From a virus: DNA of 64,000 nt. The position numbers and the translations under genes were made by a program. Below are positions 1 to 9,800 of this stretch, piece after piece. Below the pieces are notes generated by a model. The model saw only the letters and a program-made list of their open reading frames with translations, was not told the origin of the DNA and made no database searches. The stretch is from IMG/VR virus record IMGVR_UViG_3300049001_000080, positions 1 through 64,000 of that record. The stretch is one strand, 5' to 3'. Numbering within the stretch: position 1 is the first letter of the stretch; each line of letters opens with the position of its first letter.

Positions 1-145
1 CGTAGACCTCCTTGCGACGCCGGTCGACGATCTTCCAGGGCGTCATGATGTCGTGGTCGCGGGCGGGGGTCTCCTTGAGGTGCAGGCGCAGCAGCTCGTC
101 GGCGACGGCCTCCAGCTCCTCGCACACCCCGTTGCGCAGCCGCAC
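1..145 (-). CDS. Hypothetical protein, 5' part (runs off the window start)
   Basis: Open frame from GTG at 145 (MRLRNGVCEELEAVADELL...), GC3-rich, directly after the stop of the 147-812 gene. Confidence 0.6.
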   Translation of the reverse strand, partial: MRLRNGVCEELEAVADELLRLHLKETPARDHDIMTPWKIVDRRRKEVY

Positions 146-146
146 C

Positions 147-812
147 TCAGGCCGCCCTCGCCAGCAGGCTGCCCGACCACCGCTGGCAGGCGCAGCCGGC
201 GGCCCAGCACATGCCGCGGTCGCGCCCGTGCAGGCTGAGCGGGTGGTTGCAGGCCCCCGCCTCCGGCCGGCACAGCGGCTGCCGGCCCCGCGGGTAACTG
301 GCCGGCACCAGGTCGACCTCGAACTCGAACCGGCAGCCGGGTAGCTCGCCGGCCCGGGCCAGCGCCAGCAGCTTCGTGAGGCCGACGGTGGCGTACACGC
401 CTACCGGGTTGGTGCCGGAGATCCCCATCTCCTCGGCCACCTGCCGCTCGAAGTGGCCCTGGTACAGGAACAGGTCGATGGCGTCGCGCATCCGGGTGGG
501 CAGCAGCGACCGGTAGCCGAAGAACCGCTCGACGTCCCAGAGCACCCACTCGCGCCCGGGCGGGGACGGCTCCCGGATGCTCTCGGGCGCCTCCTGAGCC
601 TCGAAGGCCGAGCGCCAGGGCTGGAGGTTGCGGATCAGTCCCCTGAACACGGCGACGGTCTGGGTGCAGCTCGGACAGGTCCACCTGCCGCCGTTCTCGC
701 CCCCGCAGACGGGGCAGCACCTCGAAGCCAACTGGCCCAAGTGCGCGACTGCTCGCTCTCCCCGGCCTCCGGCGGGACCCCTGTAGGCGGGGTAGAGGTC
801 GTCGACCTCCAA
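147..812 (-). CDS. Sigma-70 region-4-like transcription factor with Cys-rich termini
   Basis: LPTRMRDAIDLFLYQGHFERQVAEEMGIS resembles the sigma r4 HTH; N-terminal CPVC...CPSC. Confidence 0.6.
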   Translation of the reverse strand: MEVDDLYPAYRGPAGGRGERAVAHLGQLASRCCPVCGGENGGRWTCPSCTQTVAVFRGLIRNLQPWRSAFEAQEAPESIREPSPPGREWVLWDVERFFGYRSLLPTRMRDAIDLFLYQGHFERQVAEEMGISGTNPVGVYATVGLTKLLALARAGELPGCRFEFEVDLVPASYPRGRQPLCRPEAGACNHPLSLHGRDRGMCWAAGCACQRWSGSLLARAA

Positions 813-856
813 GAAAGACTAGCTCTGCGCGAGCCCTAGCGGCAAGTAATCGCAGG

Positions 857-1558
857 TCAGCGGGGTGTCGTGCTGACCAGCAGGCGGGCGATGCGGTCCA
901 TCGACTTGACCAGCGCGTCGGCCTGCCGGCTGAGGTAGGAGGCGAAGACGGCGAAGTAGCGGCTCTCCGCGGAGCGCATCGTGGCGTCGGCGTTGCAGGC
1001 GTCGATGGTCGCCTTGCTCTTGCCGTTCCGGTCGTCGAAGTAGTGCGCGAACTCCTCCGCCCAGAGCGCCTTGGCGAACATCGCCTCGCCCCAGGCGTCG
1101 CTGGCCCGTTGCTCCCACTCGAACATCAGCGTCGTGATCTTGAACAGCGTCTGCTCGCGCTGCGCCGTCCCGAACAGCGCCCAGTTCTCCACGTACGCCC
1201 CGCCGGCCGTCTTGCGCCACCGCGGCAGCCCGTACTCATCCACCATCAGCTCCCCGCTCTTGGGGTCGACAGCCTGGACGCGGACCGTCCGCCAGACCTC
1301 CTCCATGATCGAGAAGGCGTCGGGGAAGAGGTCGAACACCCGGCCGTGCACGGTCTGGCGGATGCGCTGCATCATGCCGGAGTGGTCATCGGACCACGAG
1401 GTCCGCATCCGAGCGAACCCGAGCCGCTCGAACACCTTGACCCGCTCCTCGGGCAGCACGGCCTCCTCCAGCGGCTCGGTGGCCTCCTGCGCGGCCACCT
1501 CGGCCGCCTCGGTGCCCGGCGTCTTGCCCGACGCCCTGACGACCGCGCGGGCGGTCAC
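857..1558 (-). CDS. Hypothetical phage protein
   Basis: GTG start overlaps the upstream stop (GTGA); helical composition; GC3 bias. Confidence 0.65.
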   Translation of the reverse strand: MTARAVVRASGKTPGTEAAEVAAQEATEPLEEAVLPEERVKVFERLGFARMRTSWSDDHSGMMQRIRQTVHGRVFDLFPDAFSIMEEVWRTVRVQAVDPKSGELMVDEYGLPRWRKTAGGAYVENWALFGTAQREQTLFKITTLMFEWEQRASDAWGEAMFAKALWAEEFAHYFDDRNGKSKATIDACNADATMRSAESRYFAVFASYLSRQADALVKSMDRIARLLVSTTPR

Positions 1559-2037
1559 GAGGCGTCCCGGATGATCGCGAGGATGTCCTCGGTCGCCGGC
1601 CGGAAGTCGGGCCCCTTGAGCACCTTGCCGTCGTCGCGGAGCACGGGCCGGCCGTCGACGAGGCGGCTGAGGTTCGCGCGGTGCTTGGCCTCGAACACAG
1701 GGAGGTGCGGGATGCCCCAGTTGAGGAGCGCGCCGTCGACCACGAACTCTAGGTCGACGGACTCCCCGGCCATCCGGGCCGGGCACGGCTCGGCGGGTAT
1801 CCCGTCGACACCGTCCGCGAAGAGGGTGGCCAGCAGCATGTAGTGGTCGGCCGCGTCAGGCAGGCCGGCCAGTAGCTCCTGGACCAGCTCCAGCGCCTCC
1901 TCCACGACCAGCGTGGCTCGAACCCGGCGCACATCGGCCGGCGGCACCGAGGGTCGGTCGGCGATGTGCGCGACGGACGCCTCGTGGAACTGGCGCACCA
2001 TCGCCACGGTGGGCGAGTCCGCCGTGTTGTCATGCAT
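1555..2037 (-). CDS. MazG-like / all-alpha NTP pyrophosphohydrolase (DR2231/dUTPase-like)
   Basis: EEALE...ESVDLEFVVDG...HRANLSR...RDDGKVLKGPDF motif pattern. Confidence 0.8.
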   Translation of the reverse strand: MHDNTADSPTVAMVRQFHEASVAHIADRPSVPPADVRRVRATLVVEEALELVQELLAGLPDAADHYMLLATLFADGVDGIPAEPCPARMAGESVDLEFVVDGALLNWGIPHLPVFEAKHRANLSRLVDGRPVLRDDGKVLKGPDFRPATEDILAIIRDAS

Positions 2038-2566
2038 ATCTAACACCCTCCGTCGGGGCGCCTAGCCGGCGCACCACGATCCACGCGCCCGGGCGCGGCA
2101 GCGCCTCGGAGTCCTCGCCCACGTACACCTTGGCCGCCCGCTCGTACTCGACCACGCGTGAGTCGTCGCGCCAGATCGTGTGGGTGAGCGCGTCCTCGGT
2201 GGAGCGCACCAGCTTGGAGAGGTCGGGGTACACGGCCGGCCGCAGCGGCGAGGAGGCCTTGAGGACGCCCGCGTTGCGGCCGGACCCGTAGTGCCCGGCG
2301 GGCCGGCAGAACGAGAAGACCATCCGCACGACCAGCGGGCCGTCCAGCAGCACCCAGTCCAGGCCCTCTATGGCGGTCTCGGCCGCCAGCTTGACGTCCT
2401 GGCGCCACGGCTTGACCTTGTCGCTCGACTCCTTCATGACGACCCGTCCTCGGGCCGCTGGGTTCTTGGACTTGATGACGAAGCCGGTCTTCGAGCCCTG
2501 CGGGCCCGGCGTCCCGTACACCTCGATCGCCAGCTCCGGGCGCGCCATGGTGACCAGGTCGGTCAT
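2030..2566 (-). CDS. rusA: RusA-family Holliday junction resolvase
   Basis: GTPGPQGSK...VKPWR...PDLSKLVRSTEDALT..IWRDDSRVV. Confidence 0.9.
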   Translation of the reverse strand: MTDLVTMARPELAIEVYGTPGPQGSKTGFVIKSKNPAARGRVVMKESSDKVKPWRQDVKLAAETAIEGLDWVLLDGPLVVRMVFSFCRPAGHYGSGRNAGVLKASSPLRPAVYPDLSKLVRSTEDALTHTIWRDDSRVVEYERAAKVYVGEDSEALPRPGAWIVVRRLGAPTEGVRYA

Positions 2567-3600
2567 GGTGCCCGCCTCTCAACTCGTCCATCCGGCCAGA
2601 CGGTCGTGATCGGCCGGCGTAGCTGCCTCGCCCTGCGGACCGTGCTCCACGTCCCCGACCTCATCGACTCGGGGCCGCTCGGGCAGGCCACCAGCTCCTC
2701 GGTCTCGCGGAGGATGTCCTCGTTGCGCACCAGGTACGGCCGCGGCTCGCGCCGCTCGTCACCAGCCCTGCCGGCGGCCAGCGACGACTCGGTTGGCGGG
2801 TGCACCACGACTCGGTAGCCGAGGCTCTCGGCGACGTCGTGGGCCTGGTCGTCGAACCCGACGCAGTCCCCGTGGTGCAGCTCGCGGCCCGGCAGCTCGC
2901 GCAGGACCTGGCGCAGCGCGGCGAGCTGCTCGGGCGTGCAGCCGTGCCGGGTGCCGGTCGACCCGACGCGCATGGTCCTGGTCGGGCGCAGCAGCAGGCC
3001 GAGCATCGCCAGGTCCTCGCGCAGCTCCTGCTCGCCGTCGGCGGAGCGAAGGGCGTACGAGGGGTGGTAGGCCGGCAGGTGCACCAGCCCCGAGTCGAGC
3101 GCGCGGGCCATGCCGTGGCACCGGGAGATCGTCGTCCCGCCGGGGTGCAGGACGCGCAGCGGCGTGTTGCCCAGGGTGACCACGACCAGGGGCGCCAGCA
3201 GCTCGACCTCGCGCAGCAGGTACGGCGCCGACTCCCGGACCTCCTCGCCGGTAGGTGTGCGGTTCTTGCCGGTCTCGTCGGGCGGCCGGCGCTTGACGAC
3301 GTTGGTGACCCAGCAGTCCAGCTCGCGAGAGACGCCGGACTCGGCCAGCAGCCGGTCGAGGAGCTGACCGGACCGGCCGACGAACGGCATCCGCTCGCGG
3401 TCCTCGTCCTCGCCGGGCGCCTCGCCCACCAGCACGACGCGCGGGCGGAGCGAGCCCCAGCCCATCACGAACTTGGAGCCCCGGGCGGCCAGCGCGCGCC
3501 ACGTCGGGAGCGCGTCGGCCTCGTGCCACACCTCGCTCAGCGCGGTGATCAGGCCCTGCTGCTCGTCCTCGCTGATCTGCGGGCTCCAAGCGGCGGTCAC
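2563..3600 (-). CDS. Family-4-like uracil-DNA glycosylase fused to a C-terminal SLOG (DprA/YspA-like) domain
   Basis: UDG motifs VGEAPG.DED...PFVGRSG, TNVVK.RPP, YHPSY; then GSTGTR, HHGDCVGFD, YLVRNEDI, SGTWSTVRRA (SLOG). Confidence 0.85.
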   Translation of the reverse strand: MTAAWSPQISEDEQQGLITALSEVWHEADALPTWRALAARGSKFVMGWGSLRPRVVLVGEAPGEDEDRERMPFVGRSGQLLDRLLAESGVSRELDCWVTNVVKRRPPDETGKNRTPTGEEVRESAPYLLREVELLAPLVVVTLGNTPLRVLHPGGTTISRCHGMARALDSGLVHLPAYHPSYALRSADGEQELREDLAMLGLLLRPTRTMRVGSTGTRHGCTPEQLAALRQVLRELPGRELHHGDCVGFDDQAHDVAESLGYRVVVHPPTESSLAAGRAGDERREPRPYLVRNEDILRETEELVACPSGPESMRSGTWSTVRRARQLRRPITTVWPDGRVERRAP

Positions 3601-4421
3601 GGGCACCCCGCCGCGCCGGGGCAGGTCGCCCGCTGCGGTCGCGGACAGGCGCACCGCGGCGGCTGCTGGTCGGCGTACGCCTGTCGCACGTCGAGGTACC
3701 TGGCGGTGATCTCCTCGGCCAGCTCCTCGTCGTAGTCGATGTGGAACTCCCGCATCTCCCAGGGGTTGCCGAGTATCCCGATGGTGACGATGGTGCGCCG
3801 TATCCCGGTCAGGTGCTGGCACCGGATCGCCTGCGCGTAGTAGCCGGGGTAGATCCGTCGGAACTCGTCGGTGTCGAGGTCCTGCAACGCCCTGAGCCGC
3901 TTGATCGCCGGCCAGGTGTGCTCGGCCGCGGTCTTGCCCTCCCACAGGTCCAGGCCGTACCGGTCCGGCAGTGCCAGCACCGCGTCGACGTGGGTCCGCT
4001 CGCCGGTCCGCTCGTCCACGAACCCGGCCTCCTCGCCCCGCGACGAGCACCGGTCGGGAGGGCAGACCTGGCAGGTGTTCAGCTCGGGTGGGCGCAGCCC
4101 CAGCTCGTTCAGGACCCGCTGCTCGAACCGGTGCCACGCGCTGCCGAAGGTGACGCTGAGCCGGGACTCGTAGGTGAGGTGCTCCACCTCGATCCGCTCG
4201 GGATGGGCCAGGTAGGTGTAGAGGGCGCGCTCGGGCCACAGCGGGTGCTGCGACGGGTGGAAGTAGCCGTCGGGCGGGCGGCCCGCCAGGTCGCTGCCGT
4301 CGATCCCCGGCCAGGACAGGTGCGAGGTCGTCTGGATGTAGTTGCGGATGAGGGGCTTGATCAGCAGCCCCTGGGCCGACTGCCGCATCACCGACCCGAA
4401 GTCGATCTCGACGCTAGCCAT
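3597..4421 (-). CDS. PD-(D/E)XK exonuclease, Cas4/RecB-like
   Basis: HPSQ, GSAWH, HVDAVL...WEGKT, YYAQ; C-terminal Cys cluster. Confidence 0.7.
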   Translation of the reverse strand: MASVEIDFGSVMRQSAQGLLIKPLIRNYIQTTSHLSWPGIDGSDLAGRPPDGYFHPSQHPLWPERALYTYLAHPERIEVEHLTYESRLSVTFGSAWHRFEQRVLNELGLRPPELNTCQVCPPDRCSSRGEEAGFVDERTGERTHVDAVLALPDRYGLDLWEGKTAAEHTWPAIKRLRALQDLDTDEFRRIYPGYYAQAIRCQHLTGIRRTIVTIGILGNPWEMREFHIDYDEELAEEITARYLDVRQAYADQQPPRCACPRPQRATCPGAAGCP

Positions 4422-4920
4422 CGAGGCCGTCCCCGCGGGTCGCGCTCTTGCCGTCGAGGACGTCCGCCAGGTCGGCGGCCAGGTCGCCCGTGCCGACGTC
4501 GCCGTACCGGTCCGGGTACTGCACCTCACCATCACGCACGCGCCTCAGGAGCACCCTGGCGGCGTCCACGGCCCGGGCGGTCTCCAGCAGCCCGCCGAGG
4601 TCGTAGAGGCGCACCACGACGAGGTCGAGGCCCACGGTGAGGCGCTGGTCGTCGTAGAAGCAGAGCGGCACGGCCGGTCGGGCGCCGTGGGCCTGCTCGA
4701 CCAGCTTCGCCCACATCTCGCGGCTGACGCCGATGCTCTTGCCGAGGGTGCTCTTGCCGTCCCAGGCGAACTCGAACTCGCCCCCGTCGTGCGGGGTGCG
4801 GCCGTCCGTCGGGTCGTTGAACTGGTTGCCGCTGCCGCGCGTCTGGCGACCGCCGAGGACCCCAGCGATGCGCTCCTCATGTGCGTCGGACATCCTGCGG
4901 GTGGTGGGTGGCCTCATCAC
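4414..4920 (-). CDS. Hjc-like PD-(D/E)XK endonuclease/resolvase
   Basis: HEERIA..LGG...GSG....D......DGKST pattern. Confidence 0.6.
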   Translation of the reverse strand: MMRPPTTRRMSDAHEERIAGVLGGRQTRGSGNQFNDPTDGRTPHDGGEFEFAWDGKSTLGKSIGVSREMWAKLVEQAHGARPAVPLCFYDDQRLTVGLDLVVVRLYDLGGLLETARAVDAARVLLRRVRDGEVQYPDRYGDVGTGDLAADLADVLDGKSATRGDGLDG

Positions 4921-5150
4921 TCACCGACCCAGGAGCCGATGGCGCGGGCGTGCTCTGCGGCGTGACCCCAGTCCCTGCCGGCCTGGCCTCGCGAGGCCAG
5001 CCACTGGATCGTCTCGACGCGCTCCCACCAGTCGCCGCCGTTCTCGTCCAGCCCCGGGCCGGCGGCGGCCACCAGCTCGATCACCTTGAGCAGGTCCTCG
5101 TCGGCGGCGGCCATCACCCAGAAGTCGCTGTCCTGCGCCCAGCTAGCCAC
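4917..5150 (-). CDS. Hypothetical protein
   Basis: Fills the gap, overlapping both neighbours. Confidence 0.5.
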   Translation of the reverse strand: MASWAQDSDFWVMAAADEDLLKVIELVAAAGPGLDENGGDWWERVETIQWLASRGQAGRDWGHAAEHARAIGSWVGE

Positions 5151-5613
5151 GGGGCAGCACCCAGACGCAACCCGGCTCCTCGGAGTCGAGCCAGGACAGC
5201 GCGGCGGTCAGCGCCCGGTCGCAGGTGTCGGCGTTGCCGACCATGTACGGCACCACGACGCCGATCTCGCCCTCGGGGTCGAGGCCCACGAGGCGGGCCC
5301 GCAGCACGCGGTCGGCGTCCCAGACGTTCCAGCGGAACCGCATCGAGCTCGGCTCGTGGTCGGCGCCGAAGTCTACGAGCTGCACCTCGAACCGCCGGCC
5401 GCCCGCACGCACCTCGCGGAGAACGTCCTGGAGGACGCAGGTCGCCCACGCGTCCGAGACCAGGTCTCTCCCTCCACCGGGGGGCGCCGGGTCCGCGCGC
5501 CGCACGAGCTGCCGGTGCACCGTGACTATGCGGCCCACCACGTAGCCGACGCCGAACGTCAGGAGCAACGCGACGACGAGGACAGCCTGCTGCTCAGTCG
5601 AGGTCATCTGCAC
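5143..5613 (-). CDS. Membrane-anchored hypothetical protein
   Basis: N-terminal TM helix AVLVVALLLTFGVGYVVG. Confidence 0.6.
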   Translation of the reverse strand: MQMTSTEQQAVLVVALLLTFGVGYVVGRIVTVHRQLVRRADPAPPGGGRDLVSDAWATCVLQDVLREVRAGGRRFEVQLVDFGADHEPSSMRFRWNVWDADRVLRARLVGLDPEGEIGVVVPYMVGNADTCDRALTAALSWLDSEEPGCVWVLPRG

Positions 5614-6760
5614 CCTGCATCACCTCCAGCAGTCCCTGTGGGTCGGGGTCCTCGTCGCCGCTGCCGTCCACCAGCGCAGCCACAGAGGCCAGCGCGCGGG
5701 CCCGGATCTCCTGCACGAGGTCGGGGTGCTCCCGCAGGTGCCTGAGCAGCGCCGGCTTGCCGTGCAGCTTGGTGCCATCGGAGACGATCAGGTAGCGGCC
5801 GGCGCTGGTCTGCTCGATGAGGCCCGTCTTGTCGCCGAAGTGGGCTGCCTCGTCGACCAGCCCGACGCCGGCTGGGCCGTATGTGTCGGTCCCTCTGTTG
5901 TAGATCCAGAACAGCGCGGTCGGGCCGGCCGGCGCGCACTTGTTCTTCTCGACGCGGGCCGCGACCTCGAAGGCCACGACCTCCTCCTCGCCGTCGATCT
6001 TCATCTTGATCGGGTCGCTGCCACCGCGCCGGAGCCCGACCCGCACGCTGCCCATGTGCGACTGGGCGAACCCGCCAGGGCGGTTGGTCTTCGCGGCCCG
6101 CGGGTTGCCGCCGGCCGCGATGTTCGCGCGCTGCTGGTTGATCAATAGCGTGGTGGTGCCGTTGCGGGCTCCCATCGCGCAGACCTGCTTGACCAGCCGC
6201 GTCATGATCTTCGCGAGGAGGCCGACCGTGGCGTCGCTGGCCCCGTTGTCGATCTCGGCCTGGGGCACCATCGCACCGACCGAGTCGAGGACGACGAGGG
6301 AGCAGAAGCCGCCCTCGACCAGCATGCGGGTCGCATCGGCGACGTTCTCCGCGGAGCCGGGCTTCGACACCACGAGCAGCCGGCCCAGGTCGACACCCAG
6401 GGTGACGGCCCAGCCCGTGTCGAGGGTGCCCTCCGGGTCCACCCAGCCGGCGACCTGCTCCGGGTAGGCCCGCTGGGCGGCTGCGACCGCGAGTAGGGCG
6501 AGCGTCGTCTTGCCAGCCTGCTCCGGCCCGTGGTACTCGATCAGCCGGCCGCGATGGAGGCCGCCGGTGCGCAACGCGTAGTCCAGCGAGATAGACCCAC
6601 TGGAGATGTAGCCGTGGGTCTCGACCTTGTCGGCGTGCACGAGCGCGTCAGCGCCCATGACCTTGGCGAAGTTGGCCTCGAACGCGGCCAGCGCCTTAGG
6701 CGCGGCGCTGTGCGCCTGCCACAGCGACGTGTTGGTGGTCGGCTTCTTATCGGACGCCAC
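5594..6760 (-). CDS. recA: RecA-like recombinase
   Basis: ISSGSISLD, Walker A GPEQAGKTT, LVVLDSVGAM, LINQ.R, VEKNK. Confidence 0.95.
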   Translation of the reverse strand: MASDKKPTTNTSLWQAHSAAPKALAAFEANFAKVMGADALVHADKVETHGYISSGSISLDYALRTGGLHRGRLIEYHGPEQAGKTTLALLAVAAAQRAYPEQVAGWVDPEGTLDTGWAVTLGVDLGRLLVVSKPGSAENVADATRMLVEGGFCSLVVLDSVGAMVPQAEIDNGASDATVGLLAKIMTRLVKQVCAMGARNGTTTLLINQQRANIAAGGNPRAAKTNRPGGFAQSHMGSVRVGLRRGGSDPIKMKIDGEEEVVAFEVAARVEKNKCAPAGPTALFWIYNRGTDTYGPAGVGLVDEAAHFGDKTGLIEQTSAGRYLIVSDGTKLHGKPALLRHLREHPDLVQEIRARALASVAALVDGSGDEDPDPQGLLEVMQGADDLD

Positions 6761-6808
6761 GAGGGCTCCTTCCGGCGGGGTGTGTCAAGGCAGCTTAACG
6801 CAGCTCGG

Positions 6809-9800
6809 CTAGATGGGGGAGGCGTCGGTGATCGTCACGCCGCGGTCGTCCTTGACCACGACGGCCACCACCAGCGCGTCGGTGCGCAGGTCGCGCTTGA
6901 GCCGCTCCCACGCCGAGGACCAGCAGGACGCGTCCAGCTCGCCGTCCTGCGCGTTGAGCCCGACCCAGGCGTAGTCGCGCCCGCTGCGGTCCACCTTGAC
7001 GGTGGCGCGGGTGACGACGCCGACCACGATGTACCGGCCTGTCGCCCCCTCCTCGACGTCGCTAGCCTTGTGAGCCGCCGCCAGCTCGCGCTCCGGCACG
7101 CGGTCGAACGGCGTGGCGGTGAGGCTGACCCCCAGCAGCGCGCGCTCGCGGGCGCCGATGTCGTCGCGGGTGTAGGGCACGACGGTGGCCGGATCGAGCG
7201 GCGGCGGCTTGAGGTACTGCCGGCAGGCCGTGGTGCACCGTGCCGGCGGCGGCTTGGGCGTGGACGTCCTGGCCTCGCCGCGGCCCTTGGTGACCATCGG
7301 CGGGTCGGGCTCGTGCGCCCAGTCGAAGCCGCAGGGCAGGCCGCCGGGGCCGAGCGCCGACTCGTCCTTGTGCACGCACCTCAGCGCGTCGCCGGTGGTC
7401 TCTCGCTGGAGCTGCTGCTCCAGCGCGCGGCGGTGCGGGTGCATCGAGTCGAACGCCCCCACCGCCACGAGGACGGCCAGGTGGCCGGAGTTGACCTTGC
7501 TCCCCTTCGGCTCCACCAGCCGCGCCGTGAAGTCCTCGACGCCGCCGAAGGGCTGGGCGGCCACGATCAGCGGGCCGCTCTTGGGGCCGAGGCCCTTGAT
7601 GGAGCCGAGCCCGTAGCGGATCACCCCGCCGCCGTCGGTGTCGACGGGCGTCCAGCCCAGCTTGGACTCGTTGACGTCTGGCGGCAGCACGTCGAACCCC
7701 CGCTTCTTGGCCTCGGCCACGAAGTCGGGGACGCGCTCCTCGTCCAAGATGGACAGCGCCGCGGTGATGAACTCCAGCGGGTAGTGGTGCTTGATCCACG
7801 CCGACCAGTACGCCAGCGTGGCGTACGCCCAGGAGTGGCCCTTGTTGAAGGAGTACTGGGCGAAGGTGCGCATCTCGGCCCAGAGCTGGTCGGCCACGGC
7901 TCGGTCGGTACCGCACTCCACGGCGCGCCGCACGAACTCCTCGCCCGCAGCACCGACCTTGTCCACGAGCTTCTTGCCCAGCACCTTGCGCACCTTGCTG
8001 TCGGCCTCGCCGAGGCTGTAGCCGGCGAGCACCACGCAGATCCGCATGATCTGCTCCTGGTAGACGATCACCCCGTAGGTCTCGCCGAGGATCGACTCCA
8101 GCCGTGGGTCGGGGTAGCTGACCTCCTCGACGCCGTGCCGGCGGCGCATGTAGGTCTCGTCCAGCTTGCTCTTCTTCGGCCCGGGCCGGTTCAGCGCCAT
8201 GATCACGCTGAGGTCGGCGACCGACCGCGGCTTGAGGGCGCGGGTCACGTCGCGCCCGGCCTTGGTCTCGATCTGGAAGACGCCCGTCGTGTCGCCCCGG
8301 CAGAGGTCATCCCAGACCGCCCCGTCGAGGTACTCATCGCGCCAGTCGGCCGGCTTGATCTCGATCGCACGACGCTCCCGCACCAGGTCGATGGCCTTCT
8401 GGAGCATGTCCAGCGTGGTCAGCGTCAGGAAGTCGTACTTGAGGTAGCCGAGCATGTCGAGCTGGCGGTAGTCGAACTGGCAGACCTTGGACCCGTCCTT
8501 GTCGAGCCGCTGGGGGAGGTAGGCCAGCGACTCGTCGGTGCTGACGACGACGCCCGACGGGTGCGTCCCGTAGGTGCGCAGCCGGCCGCAGATCCGCTCG
8601 GCCATGTCGAAGATCTCGGGGTTCGCCTTGCGTATCGGGTCCAGCACGTCCGCGTAGAGGCGGAAGAGGTCGTCCCACTTCGGCGGCTGGCCGGCCAGGC
8701 CGGCGGCGTAGGAGTCGACCACCGCCGTGAATCGGTAGAAGTCCGCGTAGTCCGGGACCACGCCCCGCAGCGCGAGGCGCGGGGTGAGCACCCGCCTGGC
8801 GTCGTTGACGGCGCTCTTGACGCGCTCGACCTGGTGCGTCGAGATGCGCAGCACCCGGTCGTCACCCCACCGATCGCGCAGGTAGCCGAGGATGCGGTCG
8901 CGCCATGAGGCAGGGAAGTCGATGTCGAAGTCGGGCATGTCCTTACGCTCGGGGGTGAGGAACCGCTCGACCGGGAGGTCGGCCTCGACCGGGTCGGCGT
9001 CGGTGATGTCGCTGAGGTAGGCCACCAGCGAGGCGACGCAGCTCCCGCGCCCCGGCCCCACGAGGCAGCCCTGGCCCTTGGCCCACCTCACCGCGTCGCT
9101 GGTGACGAGGACGAACCCGCAGAGCTGCTGGGGCACGTACAGCTCGTTCAGCTCGTACAGCAGCCGGTCGACGTACACCTGCTCCGGGAGGCGCTTGCCC
9201 TTGACCTTGCGCTCCCAGTTGGACAGGCAGAGGTCCGTGAGGCGCGCGACGTCGGCCGGCACGGCCTCCTCGACCGGACCGCGGCTGTAGACGGGGTAGG
9301 AGTCCTTCTTGACGATCTTCGCGGCGCACCGCTCGGCCAGCTTGAGCGTGTTGGCCATCGCCTCGACCACCACGTCCTCGCCCAGGTAGGCCAGCGCGGC
9401 GGCCACCTCGTCGGCGGTGTGGTAGTGGTAGAGCTGCTCGCCTCCGAACATGCCGGTGTCCTCGCCCAGCGTCTTGCCAGTCTGGAGAGCCATCCAGGCT
9501 TCGTGCAGCTCGGCGTCCGACCTGTCGGTGTAGTGGCTGTCCGCCGCGGCGATCATCGGCGTACCGGTCTCGCGGGCCAGCGCGGCGAGCTGGCGGTTGA
9601 CGTCCATCTGCTCGGGCAGGTGGTTGACGTGGATCTCGATGTAGAAGCGGTCACCGAAGATCGCGAGGAACCGGCCTAGGAGCTGGCGGGCCTCGTCGAC
9701 GCGACCTTTGAGGATGGCCTGCGACAGCGGGCCGCCTAGGCAGCCCGACGAGGCCATGATGCCGTCGCCGAGGCGCTCTAGGACGTCCCAGTCGATCCGA

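Noticed and set aside
3597-4421. CRISPR cas4 gene
   Set aside because: No cas operon or array; solo phage PD-(D/E)XK nuclease next to RecA
6530-8908. Long plus-strand ORFs (also 49391-52582, 37978-40464, 21304-22776 and others)
   Set aside because: Antisense shadows of GC3-rich minus-strand genes; R/G/A/P-rich with no motifs
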